Assembly (NCBI GenBank): GCA_963664115.2
Contig: CAXWPJ010000012.1
Coordinates: forward strand, 480,001-544,000
From: Terriglobia bacterium
GTDB taxonomy: Bacteria > Acidobacteriota > Terriglobia > 20CM-2-55-15
Reading direction: 5' to 3'
Length of the DNA: 64,000 nucleotides
Shown here: positions 10,269 through 21,459 of the stretch, piece by piece
Layout: each line of letters starts with the position of its first letter
How positions within the stretch are numbered: position 1 is the stretch's first letter
The notes under the pieces: generated by a model
Database searches by the model: none
Told to the model about the DNA's origin: nothing
Seen by the model: only the letters and a program-made list of their open reading frames with translations
Made by a program: the position numbers and the translations under genes

Positions 10269-11114
10269 ATGCAAAAGCAAATTGTTATCTCGATAACCTT
10301 GATGGTTGTACTACTGGCTGCGTCCCCGGTCGCGTTCGCTCAGACCTCGCAACCGCCTACCTGGCTGCCGTGTCCGCAGTGCATGAGCAACGAGGCGACG
10401 GCCGAAGCGCGCGCAGAGGCAGCCGACCTGTCCTTTGACGCTCGAGACCTGTCCGGCGTTTGGGGCCCGAAGCCCCGGACCGACCGGCAGCTGAGTGTAC
10501 CGCCACCCCCTTTCACACCCTTGGGACAAGAGAAGTACGATGCGAGCCGATCCGACGAAACGCCGGACGGGGAATCGATTTCCAATTCGAATGACCCGAT
10601 TCTGATCTGCGATCCGATGGGCTGGCCGCGCTTGTTCACATATAACTACGGTTTCGAGTTCGTCCAGATGCCTGACCGGATGTTCCAGTTCTTCGAGTGG
10701 GGCCATTCCTGGCGCACCGTGTGGACGGATGGGCGGGCACTTCTCGATGATCCGGATCCGCGGTGGTTGGGATATTCCGTGGGCCGGTGGGAGGGAGACG
10801 CCTTCGTTGTCGAGTCGAACGGCTTCGACGAGAGATCATGGGTCACTGAAGACCGGCAAGATCGTCGATTCGGGTATCCGCATACCGAAGATATGCGGCT
10901 AGAAGAACGTTACCGGCGGGTGAGCCATAACGAGATCGAGGCCACCCTGACCGTCATCGACCCCGAGACGTACACCGAGCCCTGGGTAACTACGAGCAGT
11001 ATCTTCCTGACCCCGGGGAGTGAGATCGGGGAGTATTTCTGCGTGCCATCCGATTCGCAATATTACAACAACCGGATATTGCTGCCCTCGCACGGCCTTC
11101 CTTCCGAGAATTAA
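10269..11114 (+). CDS. Secreted hypothetical protein (DUF6152 partner type)
   Basis: Signal peptide; DLSGVW, C.P.G.PR, G.SVGRWEGD..VVE, D...YTEPW, EYFC. Confidence 0.75.
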   Translation: MQKQIVISITLMVVLLAASPVAFAQTSQPPTWLPCPQCMSNEATAEARAEAADLSFDARDLSGVWGPKPRTDRQLSVPPPPFTPLGQEKYDASRSDETPDGESISNSNDPILICDPMGWPRLFTYNYGFEFVQMPDRMFQFFEWGHSWRTVWTDGRALLDDPDPRWLGYSVGRWEGDAFVVESNGFDERSWVTEDRQDRRFGYPHTEDMRLEERYRRVSHNEIEATLTVIDPETYTEPWVTTSSIFLTPGSEIGEYFCVPSDSQYYNNRILLPSHGLPSEN

Positions 11115-11173
11115 AACGCGGCGTACCCGTTCGACATCAACATCCCCCGCGTTGGTGGCCGGCGCACGTCAGT

Positions 11174-12553
11174 TTATTCTGGCGCCGGGTCCCTCCAGCG
11201 TGCTCTCAAGGCGGCGCGGTCGACTCTCATCCCACGGATGTAGACGTCGGCGATTCGGCGTGTATTGGTGATGTCGTCGAGCGGGTTCGCGTCGAGCACT
11301 ATGAAGGACGCGCTCTTGCCCACGGCCAGGGTGCCGTGATCGGTCAGTCCCAGGATTTCGGCCGAGCTCTGCGTCGCGGCGACAATGACCTCGGCCGGGG
11401 TCAACCCGGCCACCACCAGGTCCTCCATCTCGATGTGTGCGGTCCAACCCACAGCGCTGTCGGTCCCAAAGCCAATTCGTACTCCCTCCGCTTTGAGCCT
11501 CCTTAGATTGGCAGCCTGGATGGCGAAAGGCTCCAGGGGTCTTGCGCGGTTGAAAGCCAGCGCCGACGTTCCGGTGTTGACTTCCTCCAGTATTCGTTCG
11601 AACGCTTCGGGCGGGTGAGCGTCTCTGATCCACGAAAGGTCCGGCATGACGCCTCAAGGCGGGAGGTTCGGTGTGAGGAATACTTCCGGCCGCTCCGTGA
11701 TCAACGCGACAAATTCATCATCAATCTCCTGGTCCCGCGCTCCGTGCGCCAACCCGTGGAGGCCCGCTCGCAGGAGTCCTTTCGCATCCGCCAGGTACCG
11801 GAGGTGGGCTAAGACGCGGAGACCGCGCCTGTCTGCCTCATCAATGATCGCTCCATACAGGGCTGGTGTCAGCGTCTCGCGGTCCCCCTCCCCGCCGCTG
11901 TCCACATAGATTTTTATCATGTCGACCTGTGCGGCGGCGTGCTCCTCGACGGCCCTTCGCACTTCCGCTTCGGTCGTGACGGAGGTACCCCGGATACCCC
12001 ATCCACCATCGCGATACAGTGCGGCACCCGGGACCGGGTTGTTCCGCATCTCGGATGACAGATCGCTTTCACCCGCTATTTGCAAGATTGCGCCCACGCC
12101 GAAGTAGGCCTGCCGCAGCAGCCCGTCGACAACAGATTCGCGCGTGACCCTGCGATCATCCGTTGCTGGTTGAGACTCCTCGAACGTCACCACGCCTCGC
12201 TGGAGATGCGTGAGGAGATGCACGTGGAGGTCGACGAGCGTGGGCATTACGGTCTTGCCGCTCAGGTCGACTCGAGCGGCTTCCGCCGGGACTTGCAGCT
12301 CCCCTCTTCGGCCCATCTCGGTGAAGCGATCATTTGCGACGATAAAAGCGGCGTCTTCGATGGCTTCGCTGCCATCCCCCACAATAAGCCGGGCTCCTTC
12401 GAACACAGTTACACTCGTGGTCTGGGCCGGGGGGCTTTCTACTTGCGGTGAACATGCCGTAACCAAGAGCAAACCAGCGACAAGCAGCAAGCGGAGCTCG
12501 ATCTTCGCCAATCGCTTCCAGAAGGATTCTCGCTTAGCGTTATGTTTTTTCAT
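11174..12553 (-). pseudogene. Amidohydrolase family lipoprotein, frameshifted near 11650
   Basis: DLHVH metal motif in one frame; GTDS...G.LAVGKSASFIVLDANPL in another frame. Confidence 0.8.
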
Positions 12554-12701
12554 CGTCGGATCTCCCTCAACCAGAACGTCGGATGCGGTCGCCTGGGGGC
12601 TAAATGCTACCCCCACTCTTCTACGCAACGCAATACCGTAAAAACCCATAAGCAGGCAGGTGCTGCGTTCGACTCTCAACTTCAGATAATCTGATTTTCC
12701 T

Positions 12702-13625
12702 CTACAAGATGCTCTGTCCGAAGGAAGATAAAATCAGATCGACCGCAAGTTCTCCCGTCGTATTGTGATTATCTATGATGGGATTGAGTTCGACCATTTC
12801 CAGGCTCACCATGCGGCCGTCATCCGCAATCATTTCCATCAAAGTGTGCGCTTCACGAAAGTTGATTCCACCTCGGACGGGTGTGCCCACGCCAGGGGCA
12901 ATTTCCGGGTCGAGTCCGTCAAGATCAAAAGAAAGATGAAAGCCAGCTGTCCCATCATTGACGATGTCCAATACCTCCCGCATGACCTCGCCAATACCCC
13001 GTTCGTCGATTTCACGCATGGTAAATACGTGAATTCCCGATTGTTTGATGACTTCGCGTTCCTTGGGGTCAATCGCGCGGATACCGATCAATGCGGTGTT
13101 TTCTTTTTTTACTTTGGGAGAGAAACCATGGATGCCGGTGAGTTCCTGGGGACCGATCCCCAGCAATGCCGCCAAGGGCATGCCATGGATATTGCCGCTT
13201 GGTGATGTGTCTGGCGTATTCATGTCACCGTGGGCATCGATGTAAATAAGTCCTATGTTTTGATTTTTCTTCCGATAATGATTGGATATTCCACTGACCG
13301 TTCCTATGGCAATCGAATGGTCACCGCCCAACACAATCGGGAACGCGTTGGCGTCGATGATTGTTTCTACACGTTGAGCTAAAGAGTTACAGACCTTCAC
13401 AACTTCACGCTGGAATTTTAATCCCCGGCCGGGTGTTTTCGCCTCTGGAATTGGAACCGAAATATTGCCTTCGTAATTCACGTTGTTCCCTAGTCTGCGA
13501 AGGCCGGCGGCAAGGCCGGCGAAGCGAATGGCGGATGGGCCCATGTCGACGCCGCGACGTCCGGCGCCCAAATCCATAGGGACCCCTAAAATTCGTACTT
13601 CGTGATTTGTCGTGGTATTACTCAT
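12702..13625 (-). CDS. rocF: Arginase
   Basis: [38 protein letters not shown] motifs. Confidence 0.95.
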   Translation of the reverse strand: MSNTTTNHEVRILGVPMDLGAGRRGVDMGPSAIRFAGLAAGLRRLGNNVNYEGNISVPIPEAKTPGRGLKFQREVVKVCNSLAQRVETIIDANAFPIVLGGDHSIAIGTVSGISNHYRKKNQNIGLIYIDAHGDMNTPDTSPSGNIHGMPLAALLGIGPQELTGIHGFSPKVKKENTALIGIRAIDPKEREVIKQSGIHVFTMREIDERGIGEVMREVLDIVNDGTAGFHLSFDLDGLDPEIAPGVGTPVRGGINFREAHTLMEMIADDGRMVSLEMVELNPIIDNHNTTGELAVDLILSSFGQSIL

Positions 13626-13658
13626 GATCAATACATCACCCGCTACCAAGTTGAAGCT

Positions 13659-13740
13659 TGATTTGTCGCTACCTTGAACTCGAACATCATGGCACCAGCA
13701 CCCGTTCCCTCAGTTCTTCAAACCTGTTCAGGATGACATC
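13659..13740 (-). repeat. Right half of the palindromic site plus kinase 3' stub
   Basis: tgatttgtcgctaccttgaactcgaaca-tcatggcaccagcacccgttccctcagttcttcaaacc. Confidence 0.75.
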
Positions 13741-13909
13741 GATCTAAACGGCTTAGCAATCTTCACCGAGCGAACCCCTGGGAGGATGCCGGGAGTGCTG
13801 ACCGAAACCCGCTGCCGCTTACCCTCGAGAGTGAGCAGGCAGGAGCCGGCCATCCAGACCCGCTTCTCCCACGATGAAATCAGGATTCGAATAGACCTGT
13901 TGACGCAGC

Positions 13910-14668
13910 TCATCCACACCCGGGCGGCAGGATCTCGGCGTCGCCCAGATGGTGCAGGCGGTAGATGTCGCTCGCCGACGCCCACCTCAGACGGCAGATT
14001 TCCTCGGCGCGGTTCACGGCGCGGGCTTCGAGCTCGGGGGTGTCGAGGTATTTCGAAGCCAGTTCGATCTGGCGTTGGGAGTGTTCCTGGTCGGCCGCTT
14101 CGTGGGCAACGAAGAATTCGATGGCTGGCGAGTCCCTGTCAAAACCGTAATGGGTCGTCAAGGCGGGAATGGTGATCTCGGCGTTGAGTTGGGGCTGCTG
14201 CCCTTCCTGGGTGAACATGGCGGCAAGCGCCACGCCGATGGCTTCGAACTCGGCCATGTAACGGTAGAACAGGGTCCGCGCCCACCACGCCGGGGTCAGC
14301 TCCGTGGCGTCGATTTCCTCGCGCGTCATTCCGGCGGCGAGGCAGAAATTGTGCAGCATATCCATATGCTCATGGGGATCGTTGCCGATCTTGTCCATCA
14401 TGATAAGGCCCTCTTCTTCGGCCAGGTTTTCGATGCACATCTTTTTCACTTCCATCGGTCCGCGGGCATAAAGAAGGCCAAAGCTTTCAAGGGCCAGGAC
14501 GACAAACTTGGCGTGACAGGCCTGATGAATCGCAAGTGTCTTTATATCGAGCTTGCCTTCCGCGAGGGTGGTGAACAGCGGGTGCTGCTTGGTGTGCCAC
14601 TTGTCGCGGATGGCGATAATTCGATCGCCCACCGTTTTGCGGGCGTCGCCCGCCGTGTCCGGCCTCAT
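13910..14668 (-). CDS. Heme-oxygenase-like diiron enzyme (TenA/PqqC/CADD superfamily)
   Basis: ENLAEEEG...H, E, FF..H..AD.EH ligand pattern. Confidence 0.8.
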   Translation of the reverse strand: MRPDTAGDARKTVGDRIIAIRDKWHTKQHPLFTTLAEGKLDIKTLAIHQACHAKFVVLALESFGLLYARGPMEVKKMCIENLAEEEGLIMMDKIGNDPHEHMDMLHNFCLAAGMTREEIDATELTPAWWARTLFYRYMAEFEAIGVALAAMFTQEGQQPQLNAEITIPALTTHYGFDRDSPAIEFFVAHEAADQEHSQRQIELASKYLDTPELEARAVNRAEEICRLRWASASDIYRLHHLGDAEILPPGCG

Positions 14669-15001
14669 GATGACGATAACCTCCCCTACCCGATGGTCTG
14701 CCGATGCCGTCTACCGTGCTTATTCGATTTCACGCTCAAGGCACCCTATATACACATAATTCGGCGTCAACTATACCCTCTTCGCCGCCCCTGACCGTCC
14801 TGCTAAACCCCGCCAGCTGGCGCAGATCGTTCCGCCGGAATTCTTCGAGTCGCTCCTACGACGCCAGCAGCCCTGCCAGGGCCACTCATGAATTGATGCG
14901 GTACGGGAACCCGTCGACAAACGATATCGGTCTCACGGACATAAACGAGTCCTTTGAATTTGATGTATGCACCGCAGTTTTCATGTCATACGATTCCGTC
15001 G

Positions 15002-15144
15002 GAGTTTCGTGCCGGATTCCATATTCAAAGTGTGCAATTAAGGACGCTATGTAAATTTAGCTAATCGGTACAAGAGGTGAGGGTTATTGGCAAGAAAATC
15101 GTCGATGACAGACCTGCGACCATTTCTCAAGGTCCGACAAGATG
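15002..15144 (-). repeat. Kinase 5' stub (MESGTKL, ATG at 15022), leader, and left part of the palindromic site
   Basis: gagtttcgtgccggattccat...gggttattggcaagaaaa...ttctcaaggtccgacaagatg. Confidence 0.8.
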
Positions 15145-16392
15145 ATTCAGATCAACCGGTCGATGCAACACCTGCGTTTAATGTCTCTGCCGGATTAGCG
15201 AAGTCCAGCGTCTCACGAGGTCGCCCGTTGAGCTTCCTTGCGATCATATCCAAATGCTCCTGTGAGTGAACCGACAAGTCCGTACCTTTAGGGAATACTG
15301 TCGGAGCAAACCGTTCGTGTTTTCGTTCGAACCCCGTTGCCAGGGACTCCTCGGATCGCAAAAGTAAACGGCAATGTCGGTGGCCAGAGTGAACCGTTTG
15401 TGATTGGCCATTTCCAATCCGCGATCCCAGGTCAGTGTTTTATAGAGTTCGGTCGGGAGTTTGTCTGCGTGTTCGATCAGCGCGTTGATGACGGTTTCGG
15501 TTTCCTTATTCGGAACCTTCACCCGCATCACGTACCGGGAGAAACGTTCGACCAATGTCGCAATGTAGGTGTTGTTCGAACCCGCTATGAGATCCCCTTC
15601 CCAGTGTCCGGGGACCGCGCGATCTTCAACCGAAGCCGGGCGCTCACGGATCGATATCAGATCCGGGATCTGCCCGCCACCCCGGCCTTTGCGACTGGCA
15701 TGCCGGGACCGGCGAATCGTGCGTTTGGTCCGTAGATGCTGTGTCAGTTCTTTCTTCAGAGCCCCGCGGGCCTGGATGAAAAGGCTGCGATAGATCGTTT
15801 CGTGTGACACGTAAAGTGACTCGTCGTCTGGATATTCGCGTTTCAGCCAACCCGCAATCTGTCGCGGTGCCCAATCCTCCCGGAGCTTCTCTTCGACGAT
15901 CCCGCGTAAGCTGGGATAGCGGATCAGTCGACATCTCTTCGGGCGGTGAGCCCGTTCCCATGCGCGTTCATCCGCCTCCAACGCTCGATAGTTATCATAG
16001 CCCCCATTGCGACCGATCTCCCGACTGACTGTGGAGGGTGCACGCGACAGCGAGGCGGCAATTGAACGGATCGATCCCTTGGCGGCAATGCCTCGGGAAA
16101 TCTCTTCACGCTCGGCGAGGGTCAGCGCCCGCTTAGAGCGGCATCGTGTCCTGGGACAGATTCCACCATACGGTGCGATCTGACCATAAACCGAAGAGCC
16201 CTCCTTTCCGAACACACGTCCGATCGCTTTTAGACTCTCTCCCCGCTGCCAGCGAATCCACACCTCGTCTATATCGGCGAGTGTGTAGCCTCGCCGCACC
16301 CGGTCTTTACTCTGTTTCTTCCGTCGTTTCTTACGCATACACTCCACCTCCTCCTTTTAGGTACAGTGTTGCATCGATCTGTTGAGACCACC
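15145..16392 (-). mobile_element. IS30-family element inserted in the centre of the palindromic site
   Basis: Imperfect IRs attcagatcaaccggtcgatgcaacac / ggtggtctcaacagatcgatgcaacac; 2-bp TG duplication. Confidence 0.9.
15152..16347 (-). pseudogene. IS30 transposase, frameshifted near 15295
   Basis: [31 protein letters not shown]; C-terminal LNGRPR..L in another frame. Confidence 0.9.
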
Positions 16393-16500
16393 TGATTTGT
16401 CGGAACTTGAACTCGAAAATCACGGGACCGGCACCCGTTCCTTCAGTTCTTCAATCAAATTCAGGACGATGTTGATTTGGGGTGTCGTTGGATCAGCAAA
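16393..16500 (-). repeat. Right part of the palindromic site plus kinase 3' stub
   Basis: tgatttgtcggaacttgaactcgaaaa; the stub encodes PQINIVLNLIEELKERVPVP*. Confidence 0.85.
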
Positions 16501-16553
16501 TATGCAAGCCGTGTTAGGATGCATTGAACGAAAACAAAGTTTCGGAGAAGACG

Positions 16554-17084
16554 ATGCACCACGTTTTTCTGTTGATTGCCGCTTTGGTGATCGCTGCTTC
16601 GCCCGCAAAGGGCGCAGCCCAATGGCAGGAATATGTTTATCCAGAAGACCGCTTCGCGATTCAGTTTCAATCCGAGCCGAGCCTACGGACCGCCCCTTAC
16701 GAAACGACGATCACTTCGGACCTCTCGGCAAAAGTCTACTCGCTCGAATTCGAGAACATTCTGTTCGAAGCGACGGTGGTCGAACTCGACGGCCTGATAG
16801 AAAACGGCGCAAACTTCGTTAGCGAAGTAGCTTACAATCTTCAGCGCGCGGGCGATGTCATCTCCAACGATTTTCCGCGCGTGGGCTTTCAGGGGAACCC
16901 GACCTTTGGGATGACCATTGTGGTAGACACCGAAGACGGGCGGCGGATTCGTTCATCCTCCTACGTTGCGAATGGCAGGTTCTACAAGATAGACGCGATT
17001 GTGCTCCCTGCGCGCGGCGACAAAGATCAGGCCGTGCCGTCTCGCTTCGATCAAACGCTGCGATTTGACGTCGAGCGTCCTTAG
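16554..17084 (+). CDS. Secreted hypothetical protein
   Basis: Signal peptide; W..Y..PEDRF.I.F..EP motif shared with 28241-28897. Confidence 0.7.
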   Translation: MHHVFLLIAALVIAASPAKGAAQWQEYVYPEDRFAIQFQSEPSLRTAPYETTITSDLSAKVYSLEFENILFEATVVELDGLIENGANFVSEVAYNLQRAGDVISNDFPRVGFQGNPTFGMTIVVDTEDGRRIRSSSYVANGRFYKIDAIVLPARGDKDQAVPSRFDQTLRFDVERP

Positions 17085-17476
17085 CCGCAACCACGGTTTG
17101 AGCATACTTCGCGCCCATCGGGGAGCGTCGCACTCATGAGCTGCCCGCCGCGCGAGCCGTCCCTCATCGGGCGAAACCCCACGGTAATTTCTGTGCCTGG
17201 CTGGAAATCATCCCGGCTCCAGCCCAGTCGCGCCAATTGAATGATGCTTCCGCCCTCGAACGCCCATGTCGTCACGTTGCCATTCTCGTCGGTGAAGTCG
17301 ACATGCAGCCAGGCATGCGGATTGATCCACTCGAATTCGTTTACCTTTCCCGTTTGCAAGGTCAGTTGAGTTTGGTCGAATAGTCGGGTCGAATGATGCG
17401 CAAGAACGGGGAATGTAAGCAAAAGAATACAAGCGATGGCGCCAATGGCGGTGCGACGATATGTTTCCATATTCAT
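17081..17476 (-). CDS. DUF6152-like secreted protein
   Basis: AHHS...GKVNEFEWINPH motif. Confidence 0.85.
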   Translation of the reverse strand: MNMETYRRTAIGAIACILLLTFPVLAHHSTRLFDQTQLTLQTGKVNEFEWINPHAWLHVDFTDENGNVTTWAFEGGSIIQLARLGWSRDDFQPGTEITVGFRPMRDGSRGGQLMSATLPDGREVCSNRGCG

Positions 17477-17978
17477 TCCTCCAAAGCTAATTCATACTAT
17501 CTCGAACCGTAAGTTTTTGCGAATCTGTTGCGCTGATTGGCGACGGAATGACTTCCGTCTTCCTCTGGTCGCACAAATAAAGGCCAAACCGCAACTAACC
17601 TGTTGGAACCCAAACTCAATGATCAAACTTATTTGAGCGAGTGATAAAACTTGCGATGGAAGGCAACATGGTGGCAGTGAAAGGACTCTTGAACGTATGG
17701 ATGGCAGCGTTGAGAACACTGTCGAGCAGATTTTCCGGCTTGTCATATGACAGGTAGCGAACGACTCCCGGGCTAAGGTGCCATTTCGGCCATACCCTAC
17801 GCCGAAGCCAGCCAATGCCCGGGACTGAACCCTCTCGAAATCCAGCGATTTCGCGGAAAACTGACAGGCCATCAGTGAATTCAAGCGATTTGATCTTTGT
17901 GGAATCAATCATTAACAGGTTGCGCCGTCGTCGCGCCATGCAAAAGTGAACTCAGGAGGAAAGAAGGAAGCAGTTGCT

Positions 17979-18013
17979 TTATGGAACCGGCACCCGTTCC
18001 TTCAGTTCTTCAA
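17979..18013 (-). repeat. Isolated kinase 3' stub (EELKERVPVP*)
   Basis: ttatggaaccggcacccgttccttcagttcttcaa. Confidence 0.8.
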
Positions 18014-18140
18014 CACATCAGAGAACGACTGGCCTACTTTTAAGGGGTAAAATCGCGACGGTTTTGTTCGACCGTCATCAACTCAAAGCTAAAGACTTCT
18101 TGATCCTCCGGATCTACTGTCACACGGATCCAGTGCGTGT

Positions 18141-19997
18141 CTAGACCCAAAACAAGCGCATAACCAGTCCGCCGAGGCCCAGTTCGCGCCGATAGAATTC
18201 GAGGCATAGAATCCCGTTCCCGGATGGCCTGTTCCAGGTATCGAGTTTCTGTTGAATCTGTTTCAGTTCAGCCTCGCTGGTGTTGGACGGTTGACAGAAA
18301 CCGGGACCTCGATCGCCCGGGCTCAGAGTCATGATCGGGTCAACATCGCAGAGGCTGACGCAACACATCCACCCCGCGGAACAAGACCGGCAACCACCGG
18401 TTCCAGGCCAGGATCCGGAACAGAATGCGCCGCCCGGTGCGCACGAGTTGGCACGGCACAAGCATGAAAGCGTTCAAGAAGGTTTTGAACTCCATGCGCA
18501 GCACGGTTTGCTTCTCAGCCTGATATTTTTGGCCCCAACGTCCGGTTTCGGGAAGCAGCAATGCAAACCACGCTTTCAGTGTCCAGGCCAGTGACGCGAT
18601 CACCATGTAGGCCCAGTTGCTGGTCTGATCTCCGACCGGCATCCGCAACGCCTGAACGCCGTTCTTCAACTGCTCAATGAGATTCTCCTGATTGCACCGT
18701 TGATTGGCACGCATCACAATCTGGTCGGCCGGATCCGAACGGTTGGTAATGTAGAAGAAGTACCGGATGTCGTCAAACAACACCTGCTCTCCTTTGGCCA
18801 CCGACAGATTCTTCCGCACCACGACGACACGGTAGTCCCGATCGCAGGCTCCGGGTCGATACCGAAACTCGGCCACATCCTCACCCTGCAAGCGGATATT
18901 GTCGAAACCGCGCTGCCGAACGATCTCTTCCTTCACGTTGTCGGGACGTTGGCGCGGTTCGGTCGCCACGTCGTATTTCGCGGGCCGTTCCAGGCGCTTC
19001 CACTGGCGCGGCTCCAGTTCATCGGCCCGGGCCTTCAGGTTCGCCATCGCGTCAATCCCGAATATGAAACCCACCTGCTGGTCGTCCCATCCGTCCAGAT
19101 GCCGGGTCTGGCTGAAGTCCGTGTCCCCGCGCAGCAGGATCTGGCGAAACCCCGCATGCCGGCACAATGCGATGGCTTGGTCGAACCGGACCGCGGCTCC
19201 TTCATGCGACGGCCGGTTGCCGCTACGATTGACCAGATACAGCGGTTCGGCGGTGTTGGCCAGCGAGATCATCAGCGGGTGATATCCCCACGTCCCGTCG
19301 TAGGCCACGTCCATCCCTTGCTTGCATTCCCCCGTGGTTTCGGCCAGTGTCCCGTCCGCGTCCAACACCGCTTCTTCGAAAAACGCCGCCGGTTGCTGTC
19401 GCCAGACTCCGAGCCGGACTTGATTGGTTGCCTCCATCAGACACTCCACGTCGTCGGCCTCGAATCTCCGGCAGAAGTCTCCCGCCGTCGTCGGATCCGG
19501 AATCCGTTGCGCTCCCAGCGCATCCAGATACACCGCATCGTTGCGCCGCAGTTCGATGTCTTCCAGGCACGTTCCTCCGCTCAAGGCGTTGTAGGCGATG
19601 TTCAGCACGTGATCCGACTCGTGATACGGCAGGTGCCGCTTCAACACATGCACGCCCTTGTCGATGGCTTCGATCAGCCCGGTCCGCCGCGCCACCAGTT
19701 GCATCGTCCCGATACCACCAACCGATGTGCCCCGCGTCCGCTCTCCCATCTCGTACTGAATGTTGCTCGCCGAAAACATCGGCTCTACCTGATCCGTCCA
19801 ATGCCGGTCCCCAAGCCGACGTTCGATTCGCCGCTTGCGGTTCCTCATGTTCTTGCGCGTATAATCGTTCATCTGAAATGCCTCCTTTTCCGAAGAATCT
19901 GTTCAAGGTTTTTTTCGCACGGAGAGGGGGCATTTCGGGTACTTCCGCTCTTATTGCACTATCATTTCCTCGTCAATCACGCTTGTTCAGGGTCTAG
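18141..19997 (-). mobile_element. IS1380-family element
   Basis: Inverted ends ctagacccaaaacaagcg / ctagaccctgaacaagcg; the terminal CTAG may be the target duplication. Confidence 0.85.
18340..19872 (-). CDS. IS1380-family DDE transposase
   Basis: LDADGT, GYHPL, LRGDTDF, RCNQENLIEQLK motifs. Confidence 0.9.
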   Translation of the reverse strand: MNDYTRKNMRNRKRRIERRLGDRHWTDQVEPMFSASNIQYEMGERTRGTSVGGIGTMQLVARRTGLIEAIDKGVHVLKRHLPYHESDHVLNIAYNALSGGTCLEDIELRRNDAVYLDALGAQRIPDPTTAGDFCRRFEADDVECLMEATNQVRLGVWRQQPAAFFEEAVLDADGTLAETTGECKQGMDVAYDGTWGYHPLMISLANTAEPLYLVNRSGNRPSHEGAAVRFDQAIALCRHAGFRQILLRGDTDFSQTRHLDGWDDQQVGFIFGIDAMANLKARADELEPRQWKRLERPAKYDVATEPRQRPDNVKEEIVRQRGFDNIRLQGEDVAEFRYRPGACDRDYRVVVVRKNLSVAKGEQVLFDDIRYFFYITNRSDPADQIVMRANQRCNQENLIEQLKNGVQALRMPVGDQTSNWAYMVIASLAWTLKAWFALLLPETGRWGQKYQAEKQTVLRMEFKTFLNAFMLVPCQLVRTGRRILFRILAWNRWLPVLFRGVDVLRQPLRC

Positions 19998-20100
19998 AGC
20001 CCCAAAGGTCTCAACGCGAGTGAAATTTTCCACGGTCCGGCTTGCGCCGCCAGTCTGCGATGACAGCGGCTGGTCGACGCGTCGCGCGGCTCACGAGCAA

Positions 20101-21132
20101 CTACCCGATAGCCAGCTTCAGGAGCCGCTCCGCGTTCTTGTACAGGATCAACTCTTTCTCGGCTTCGCTGGTATTGGAAAGAGCCACAGCGTTCAAATTC
20201 CTCCAATGTGTGGAGCCCGCAGTGGTCGCATCCGCCCGTTCTGTTTCAAGTGCTGCGATGTCGTAGGGATTCAAACGTGTCCAGTTCGCGCCGAACAGAA
20301 CTCTGTCCGGTCCCATATACTTCACCGCCGCATCTATGAGCTCCACGGGAGCCCGACCGATTTCCAGATGTAGATTCCGATACGAACCGCTCAAGACGAC
20401 GGCGTCCCATCCTCCCCCGTGGGCATAATCCGCGCCCCCAGCGTCCCCGATGATCATGTTCACTCTGGGAAACTTGGCGGCGAGTATCCCAACGTTCCCG
20501 ATCTCCCGTTCAGCGCCGGGCCCGGCTCTCGTCCCAAAGAAGACAGGGACATCCAACGATTCCGCTACCTCCATCGTGGGGTAGTACTCTTCCAAGTTCA
20601 CCTCGTTACGCAAACCAGTGACATTCAGTTCCCCGATTCCCTTTGCCCCCGCTTGCAGTCTGCTGTGCACCTGCTCAGCCGCTCTCTGCGGATCCGAAAA
20701 GTCATAGCCGTCCGGCGGGGTCCACATGAACAGCCGATCTGGAGGCAATCCGGCAATCGTTCGAAGGTCATCTTCATACGAGATCCCATTCCGCACGGAC
20801 GCCTTGGACTTCGCGAGCATCGCCCTTCCGATTCCGTGAATGTTCATGGAGCGAATCAAGTTTTCAGCCCGCTCCGGCCCTGGGCGACTGCCGATATGAC
20901 AGTGGATGTCAATGACCTTTCGCTCGATCACCGCGCGCAACCTTTGCCATGGCCCGACAAACAACTGGACCAAATCCTCTCTGGTAATTTGGGGTACTGC
21001 GCCAGGCTGCGGAACACTGCCAGGATATTGAGCCCATGCGGAAGATTCGAAGGCAGCAAGACCCAGGGTTCCTAGACATGAAATGCTTCCCGCTTTCTTC
21101 AGGAAGTCTCTGCGCATTAGTTCGTTACCCAT
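20101..21132 (-). CDS. Amidohydrolase_2 family protein with Tat signal
   Basis: RRDFLK; IDIHCH; GIGEL; DRVLFG. Confidence 0.8.
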   Translation of the reverse strand: MGNELMRRDFLKKAGSISCLGTLGLAAFESSAWAQYPGSVPQPGAVPQITREDLVQLFVGPWQRLRAVIERKVIDIHCHIGSRPGPERAENLIRSMNIHGIGRAMLAKSKASVRNGISYEDDLRTIAGLPPDRLFMWTPPDGYDFSDPQRAAEQVHSRLQAGAKGIGELNVTGLRNEVNLEEYYPTMEVAESLDVPVFFGTRAGPGAEREIGNVGILAAKFPRVNMIIGDAGGADYAHGGGWDAVVLSGSYRNLHLEIGRAPVELIDAAVKYMGPDRVLFGANWTRLNPYDIAALETERADATTAGSTHWRNLNAVALSNTSEAEKELILYKNAERLLKLAIG

Positions 21133-21147
21133 GGTGATAATCCTCTC

Positions 21148-21388
21148 TTAGCTAGGCCGGAATTTTTATTGTGATCTTCATCTTCACACGGAAACCTGTG
21201 CCTCAGACCCTGTCGATCTCGCACCGGCAGAAGCGTGTCCGAAGCTAGAGAATATCCGAACCACCAATCGGTCAGGAAGTGATACATGCCGAGGACGTTC
21301 TCGTCGATCCAATCGCAGTCCCCCCAGTGACTGTACTCTTCCATCTTGATGTTTCGTAGCATGTCCTCCAGCGTCTGGCCCGAAGCAA
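21148..21388 (-). pseudogene. C-terminal gene fragment, MBL-fold-like tail
   Basis: GQTLEDMLRNIKMEEYSHW...NVLGMY; cut off at a partial repeat B. Confidence 0.4.
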
Positions 21389-21426
21389 TGCCATAGTCGT
21401 CAGCCCCTGCTTATATCGCTTTTCCG
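21389..21426 (+). repeat. Partial repeat B (3' part)
   Basis: tgccatagtcgtcagcccctgcttatatcgcttttccg, nearly identical to 29386-29423. Confidence 0.8.
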
Positions 21427-21459
21427 CCCGGAACTATGCCATGGCAGGTTTAGTCAGGT

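Noticed and set aside
18700-20373. 557-aa plus-strand ORF and other long antisense ORFs (8023-9081, 39328-40485, 42642-43574, 13949-14794)
   Set aside because: Shadow ORFs overlapping well-supported genes in GC-rich DNA, with no recognisable motifs.
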